A stretch of 63,484 bases of DNA, filler included, from Stramenopiles sp. TOSAG23-3 (lineage: Eukaryota), in NCBI GenBank assembly GCA_900128585.1. It is 43 parts of 43 records of this genome, joined end to end, with 100 filler letters (N's around TTAATTAATTAA, not from the genome) between each part and the next. Parts side by side here need not be neighbours in the genome. Positions count along the whole stretch, not along the records: positions 57,717 to 59,084 come from LT645961.1; positions 59,185 to 60,551 come from LT645962.1; positions 60,652 to 62,018 come from LT645963.1; positions 62,119 to 63,484 come from LT645964.1; 39 more parts are not named here. The stretch is one strand, 5' to 3'. This document shows positions 58,481 to 63,484 of this stretch, in pieces; the stretch's first letter is position 1, and each line of letters starts with the position of its first letter. The position numbers were made by a program, and so were the translations under genes. The notes beneath the pieces were generated by a model. It was not told the origin of the DNA. It made no database searches and worked only from the letters and a program-made list of their open reading frames with translations.

Positions 58481-59084
58481 ATGGGGCAAGGGCAGTCAAA
58501 AGGTGCCTTGGGAGGGCAGCCCCAACCGTTGTTTCGTATCGGAGGTAACGTGAGGGTCACCCTCTTCCAGCTTTCAATGGCAGGGTTTTTGAATGAGTTT
58601 ATGAACCTTGTGTTGAACAATACGACGTACAAGCGTTGGGTTTACGATCGGTCGGGCTTATTTAACATTGTCGTTACTTTTCTATCTGCGTGTTTGTTTC
58701 GAGTCTATAGCTACAAGTCCATTTGTTTGCGCAGTCAGAGTCCGCAGGAAAAGCGGAGTTGGACTGACGGCCCCTTTGTTCGGGACGGGGAAGTTCACAT
58801 CATCAGCCTTTTCTACGCCTTTGCTGGGCTGAGGGTATGGCTGCACGCTCTGCTCGACAAGAAAGAGCTCGAACGGTTGAAACGAGGCCGCAGCACGGTC
58901 GTGCTGCAAGCTGCGCCACGCGCCCCCCGGCGGTCGCCGGCAAAGAAGGTGCCGTCCCCGCCCTCCCCAAACCGCTACGCGGCCAAGGGCAGGAGCCCGA
59001 TCGAATCCTCCCCGGCCCGAAAGATTCACTGGTCCCACGCCAAACCCATTTCTGAAAACACGATCAAAGGAGACGGCCAGGTGC
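58481..59084 (+). CDS. Probable N-myristoylated membrane protein, 3' partial
   Basis: MGQGQS start, hydrophobic segments, SP/R-rich tail. Confidence 0.55.
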
Positions 59085-59184
59085 NNNNNNNNNNNNNNNN
59101 NNNNNNNNNNNNNNNNNNNNNNNNNNNNTTAATTAATTAANNNNNNNNNNNNNNNNNNNNNNNNNNNNNNNNNNNNNNNNNNNN

Positions 59185-59959
59185 GCTTGTGCATTGCGTC
59201 GTGATGGCCTTTCGCCATCGGCGCGATCACGAGAAGACCCGCCAACCCCCCGCTCGCCAATGTGAACAATACCAACAGCGCCGGGGTTCCGACAGCGGCA
59301 AACAGTATCAGCAAACTGATGGGGAGGGTGATCATGTCCCCTTTCTCGAAATCACCTATTGCAGCATTTTTCGAATCCCTGAGCAATAGCTGCTCGTAGC
59401 TCATGGAAATTTCATAGCCGCCCCCTTCGCCCGTGGCCAAGAACTGGTCAATTTTCCGCTGCAAACGGCCAAAGTAGTTGTACTTGGCGTCGTTCGGCAC
59501 TCCGCTGTTGGTCGTGATGAACATAAGGGTAGTTTCGTTCCCTTGCAGGACGTACGTGCTTCTAGCGGCGTCCCTTTCCGCGTCCGTGTCAAACGTAAAA
59601 TAGCTATCGAACTGCCGGTTGAAACATAGCCAAGGGGCCGAAAGAGAATTGTTGTTTGCCATTTCCGCAAACTCCGCCGCAAACCGTTCTATTTCAGGGG
59701 TTAGGACACTATGACCCTCTGTTTTTGTCGATACTACGACTATCCCTTTGAACGGCATTGTTTGGAAAAAGTGAGGCAAGTGCTTTTTGAACGCTTCCTC
59801 TGCCAAATTTGACGGCGACGTGGGCGGTGACTTTAGCGACCAGTGCGTGTTGCTGAAGAACGCCAGCCCGTACTTGACACCAAAGTAATCAACAACGCAC
59901 CATCCAAGGACGACGAGAAGGCATAGCACCTTGACGACCTTCTGTTTCGAACCCACCAT
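59185..59959 (-). CDS. MMPL/RND-like membrane protein, N-terminal part
   Basis: TM1, an extracellular domain of about 170 aa, then AIGDFEKGDMITLPISLLILFAAVG (MMPL TM2-like pattern) and TM3. Confidence 0.6.
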
Positions 59960-60764
59960 TTCGTTTGGGGACGTCGTACAAACGAAGACCACCCAACGTT
60001 GGAAGATGACGCTTCCAAAGGATAGTTTGAATTATCAACTTTTTGGTTGTTTTCGTTTTTCTGCTTAATCATAAACGTGTTAAATATATCTTCAAACGTT
60101 TCAATTATGTAGTATTACAAATGTCTAAAATAGAATGCAAGCAAAAGAAAGAAAGAAAGAAATTCCCTTCTCTTCTTCTTCTTCTTCTTTCTCTCCTCTT
60201 TCGTTCTCTCTTTCGTTCTCTTTCGTTCTTTATACCCGCACCAAGGGAGGGAGGAGTCTCTCTCAGATGTAAATAAAATGTAAGATGAATGCTGTGCTCT
60301 GAGTATGTTGTTGTGCGTGATAGTCTAGATGTAATTTAAATTCATAAATGTGGTTGTAATAAAAGGACAATGATTTCCTTGTTAAAGATGATGATGAAAA
60401 TGTGTGAATTGGTATAGAAGAACGAAAAGAAAAAGAGAGAAGAAGAAAAGAAAAGAAGACAATAAATTCTCCATAATTAATTACAATTGGAATAGCATTG
60501 TATTTGGGAAGAATAATAATATAAAAAAAGAAGAAGAAGAAAGAAGAAGAANNNNNNNNNNNNNNNNNNNNNNNNNNNNNNNNNNNNNNNNNNNNTTAAT
60601 TAATTAANNNNNNNNNNNNNNNNNNNNNNNNNNNNNNNNNNNNNNNNNNNNTTTCTGAGAATGTGGATATAAATAAAGTATGAAACGATTGGCCCACTAA
60701 AATAAAATAAAATATCGAAGGGTATTTATTGTTGTAGATTGTTCAGTACAGAAAAGGGGATGGA

Positions 60765-61157
60765 ATGGCCCATCTTCGACAAATTTTAGTATTTGTGCGG
60801 CAAGGAAACCTTGCACGTGCGGTAGACTTTTATGTGAAAGGAATTGGGTTGAAAGTGCAAAGTGTCGGTGAAAACACGGCAAAGCTTGAAAGTGGTAAAC
60901 CGGGGTCGCTGCCAATCGTTTTGAAAGCGGTTGATGGAAATGAAGCTGCACTAAGCTCTGGATACGGGCCATTTTTGGACTTCGCCGTAGAAGATTTTGA
61001 TATGGTAATACCAAACTTGATACAAATGGGAGCAAGCTTGGACGGGAAGATTGAGTACAGTCACCACGGCAAAATTGCGGCAATGAGAAGCCCTGACGGA
61101 ACCATGATTGGACTCTTCGAAAAAAACGAAGTCGTTCTGGTGCCCGAGTCAACCTAG
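60765..61157 (+). CDS. Glyoxalase/bleomycin-resistance (VOC) domain protein
   Basis: NLARAVDFYVKGIGL...FLDFAVED...GA...GKIAAMRSPDGTMIGLFE. Confidence 0.88.
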   Translation: MAHLRQILVFVRQGNLARAVDFYVKGIGLKVQSVGENTAKLESGKPGSLPIVLKAVDGNEAALSSGYGPFLDFAVEDFDMVIPNLIQMGASLDGKIEYSHHGKIAAMRSPDGTMIGLFEKNEVVLVPEST

Positions 61158-61278
61158 CGTATATTTTATGGCACGCTATCATTGCTCGCTGTGAAAGGGC
61201 GCGTACGTTTCTGCAACTTTTTTATTTACGAACCACTAAAATTGGCACCATTGCCAACAATTGTTTTTAAGTACTTTT

Positions 61279-61782
61279 TTAAACTACAAACTTTTTAACT
61301 TTTGGTTTCCTCTGCTTCTCTGCCTCGGCCGCCGCTTTCTCTTGAATGATTTCCTTCTGTATCGTATTCTCCAAAGCGTCGAAATCTCCCGGAATCAGAC
61401 TGCGCATGGAGCCAAAATAGTTTTCTATCGCCTTGCATTGCGCTGGGGACGCCTCCATGTCTTTGCACAGTTCCTCCAACCGGGATGCATGGATCGACCT
61501 GTAAATATCTTGAGCAGATTTTCTAAGCTCGTTTCGCTCTTCCTCCTCATTGTCAACGTCATACCGCATCCTGAGCACTTGGGCCCCTAAAATACAAGTG
61601 AAAAACGAAAATCCGACGTTCATTAAAGCCTGCTTATGTTTGCTGATGGCAGCTTTTGTGGACACTTTGCTCGGCATCATTGTTGACAAAGAAAACTGTC
61701 GAATAGCAGCATGCCCTGGGGGTGGACCGGCCCTCGAAGCAAGGGCACGGCTTCGTGCAAAAAATCGTTTGCTCAACAACAT
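61279..61782 (-). CDS. Small protein with a mitochondrial-presequence-like N-terminus and one TM helix
   Basis: R/S/A-rich, acid-free N-terminus (RFFARSRALASR...RQFS), TM, then coiled coil. Confidence 0.6.
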   Translation of the reverse strand: MLLSKRFFARSRALASRAGPPPGHAAIRQFSLSTMMPSKVSTKAAISKHKQALMNVGFSFFTCILGAQVLRMRYDVDNEEEERNELRKSAQDIYRSIHASRLEELCKDMEASPAQCKAIENYFGSMRSLIPGDFDALENTIQKEIIQEKAAAEAEKQRKPKVKKFVV

Positions 61783-62118
61783 TGTGAACTCTCTACGTTT
61801 TTTCCTAAAGTACGTTTATATATTTTAATTCAACGATAACTGCAAGGACCAAGCCTGAAGGCTTTCTTTCAGTACTACTTATTCGTTGAATCGGAGCAAT
61901 TTGGTCCTTCTATTATCTTCTATATATAGTATTATTATATCTTAAAAACACTATTAATACATTTCTTCATAATTGTGGTTGTTTGTGAGGAGGAAGGAGA
62001 CTTGATGAGGATATTGAGNNNNNNNNNNNNNNNNNNNNNNNNNNNNNNNNNNNNNNNNNNNNTTAATTAATTAANNNNNNNNNNNNNNNNNNNNNNNNNN
62101 NNNNNNNNNNNNNNNNNN

Positions 62119-62506
62119 AGAGGTCGTTAAGTTTGCCAACCATATTACAGAGATTACGAGGACGGTCGAGGCAGGAACGGCATCAGAGGGCGCCCGAAAG
62201 CATGCGACCAATGGGGCGTCCGCTGCGGGGTCCAGCAAAGAGAGTGCCCTGGACAAATTGATCAACGGGTTGAACGGGCCAAACAAAGTAAGCACGGTGG
62301 AAAAGACGAGTTACGATTGGGACAAGTACAAGCAGGAAAAGGGGATCGAAGAAGACGTTGAGCAGTATACGAAGAATGGTTACTTGACCAAGCAAGACTT
62401 TTTGAGTCGTGTGGACCACCGGCAGTTCGAGATGGAACGCGCAGAGCGAGAGCGCGAACGAACCAAACGGGATCGTGAGGCGGCCCACGCAAAGCGGGGC
62501 AAGTAA
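62119..62506 (+). CDS. CFDP1: BCNT-domain protein (CFDP1/Swc5, SWR1 complex), C-terminal part
   Basis: KVSTVEKTSYDWDKYKQEKGIEEDV...NGYLTKQDFLSRVDHRQFEMER. Confidence 0.9.
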
Positions 62507-62956
62507 ACAGGACGTTTTAGTCAGGGTGGTGTGATTGACGTCGCGTAATACGAAGTAAAACTCGCACAATCGCACCAGGGTATGAACAAGAAAAAAAAGA
62601 ACTGTATATTATATGATGGGACAAAATACTTATTGTAAGAGTACTTAAAAAACTCAAGCTTAAGAATTATGGTGCGGGCAAATATTGTTTTTAATTCAAT
62701 TTGAAGAAGATCTCATTTTAAATTACTTTTTAAATACGAAGTCAAAACTAAGTGACAAGGGTGTATTGATTACTAAAATCACAACAGTAGAGATCAGTTC
62801 GCAGTACATGAAGGAAATGTAAACCTTCAATGGACAAAAGCTAAGTAGATTCATTTTCGCGGTATATGAGGAAGCTAAATTTTATCTACTCTGAATAACA
62901 GCCAACAGCCAATTTTCTTGTTTTTAATTCAATTTTAATTACGCACGTAAGAATTC

Positions 62957-63475
62957 TTACGCATCCCCGTCCAACCTGTCGAGCTGGGCAAGCATTTCCT
63001 TTTTCAAAGTTTTTGCCAACGCTTTCAAGCGTTCAATCTTGCACTTGCTTATCTTTCCTATGGCTTTTGCCAGGCCAGTTTCTTTTACAAGGGAATGGTT
63101 CACTTTTAGCCCCGCCAACGATTCCATTATTTCCAACGCTTTCCCCTCCGCGCCCTCTTCCATACGTTTTGCTCTCTCTACGGCCCGCTTCAGCCTCTTT
63201 ACAGTCCTCGTCAACGTGATGATTTTCTTTTTGTGGGAGGACGCCGCTTTATACTCCGGGGGTGTCCGGTGTTTGGATTTCACTGCCACGTTCGCGGTTT
63301 TGGACATTGCCGTTTGGGTCGGTGGTGGGTTGGTGGCAACCGAAAACGTTGGTTTTGCCCACTCCCTGGCGACCCTTGCCGATAGCGTCGCAGCGCTCCC
63401 TTTCCCACTCTTTCCAAGTTTTTTCTCCGAGTATTCCGACAGAATTTTACCGTCAAAAAACCTCGCCAGCAGCAT
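62957..63475 (-). CDS. Protein with a C-terminal TFIIS N-terminal (LW/Med26-like) domain, probably 5' partial
   Basis: ALEIMESLAGLKVNHSLVKETGLAKAIGKISK...KALAKTL. Confidence 0.7.
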   Translation of the reverse strand: MLLARFFDGKILSEYSEKKLGKSGKGSAATLSARVAREWAKPTFSVATNPPPTQTAMSKTANVAVKSKHRTPPEYKAASSHKKKIITLTRTVKRLKRAVERAKRMEEGAEGKALEIMESLAGLKVNHSLVKETGLAKAIGKISKCKIERLKALAKTLKKEMLAQLDRLDGDA

Positions 63476-63484
63476 TTATCTTTT

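Noticed and set aside
1393-62118. Regularly spaced TTAATTAATTAA as a CRISPR-like or biological repeat
   Set aside because: Always embedded in fixed N runs; it is an artificial six-frame-stop linker. ORFs ending in X...LIN are truncation artefacts.
1-63484. Ciliary gene cluster (ODAD1, NME7, IFT54 domain) or any cross-contig operon-like system
   Set aside because: Contigs are ordered by length, so adjacency across spacers carries no information.

Overview
This is not a contiguous locus. It is 43 unrelated short contigs (about 1392 down to 1366 bp, sorted by decreasing length) joined by 42 identical artificial 100-bp spacers (N44-TTAATTAATTAA-N44), so gene neighbourhood means something only inside a contig. 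The content is mostly nuclear DNA of a flagellated microbial eukaryote, probably a heterotrophic stramenopile-like protist SAG/MAG (inference). Recognisable genes include ODAD1/DC2, NME7 (two GT-AG introns), RPB6, VKORC1, BI-1, HDAC1/2, AACS, ABCC, PP4R3, ITFG2, cornichon, DNAJC25 and CFDP1/Swc5, plus SET, ankyrin, LRR, SAM, Myb, homeodomain, C-type lectin and kinase fragments. The best leads are: (1) a membrane protein fused in frame to an IFT54/MIP-T3 microtubule-binding CH domain; (2) an extremely AT-rich contig readable as one long ORF only if TGA=Trp, likely organellar; (3) a gene-dense, virus-like papain protease plus Zn-finger/15-aa-repeat cassette, with a second related Zn finger on another contig; (4) a ~130-nt intergenic hairpin; (5) dispersed non-coding motifs shared between contigs; (6) a tandem kinase-pseudokinase and an Asn51-less homeodomain. 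Several contigs carry inverted-duplication signatures typical of MDA chimeras. No CRISPR array, rRNA, tRNA or multi-gene novel system can be supported. All family calls are by motif recognition, not database search.
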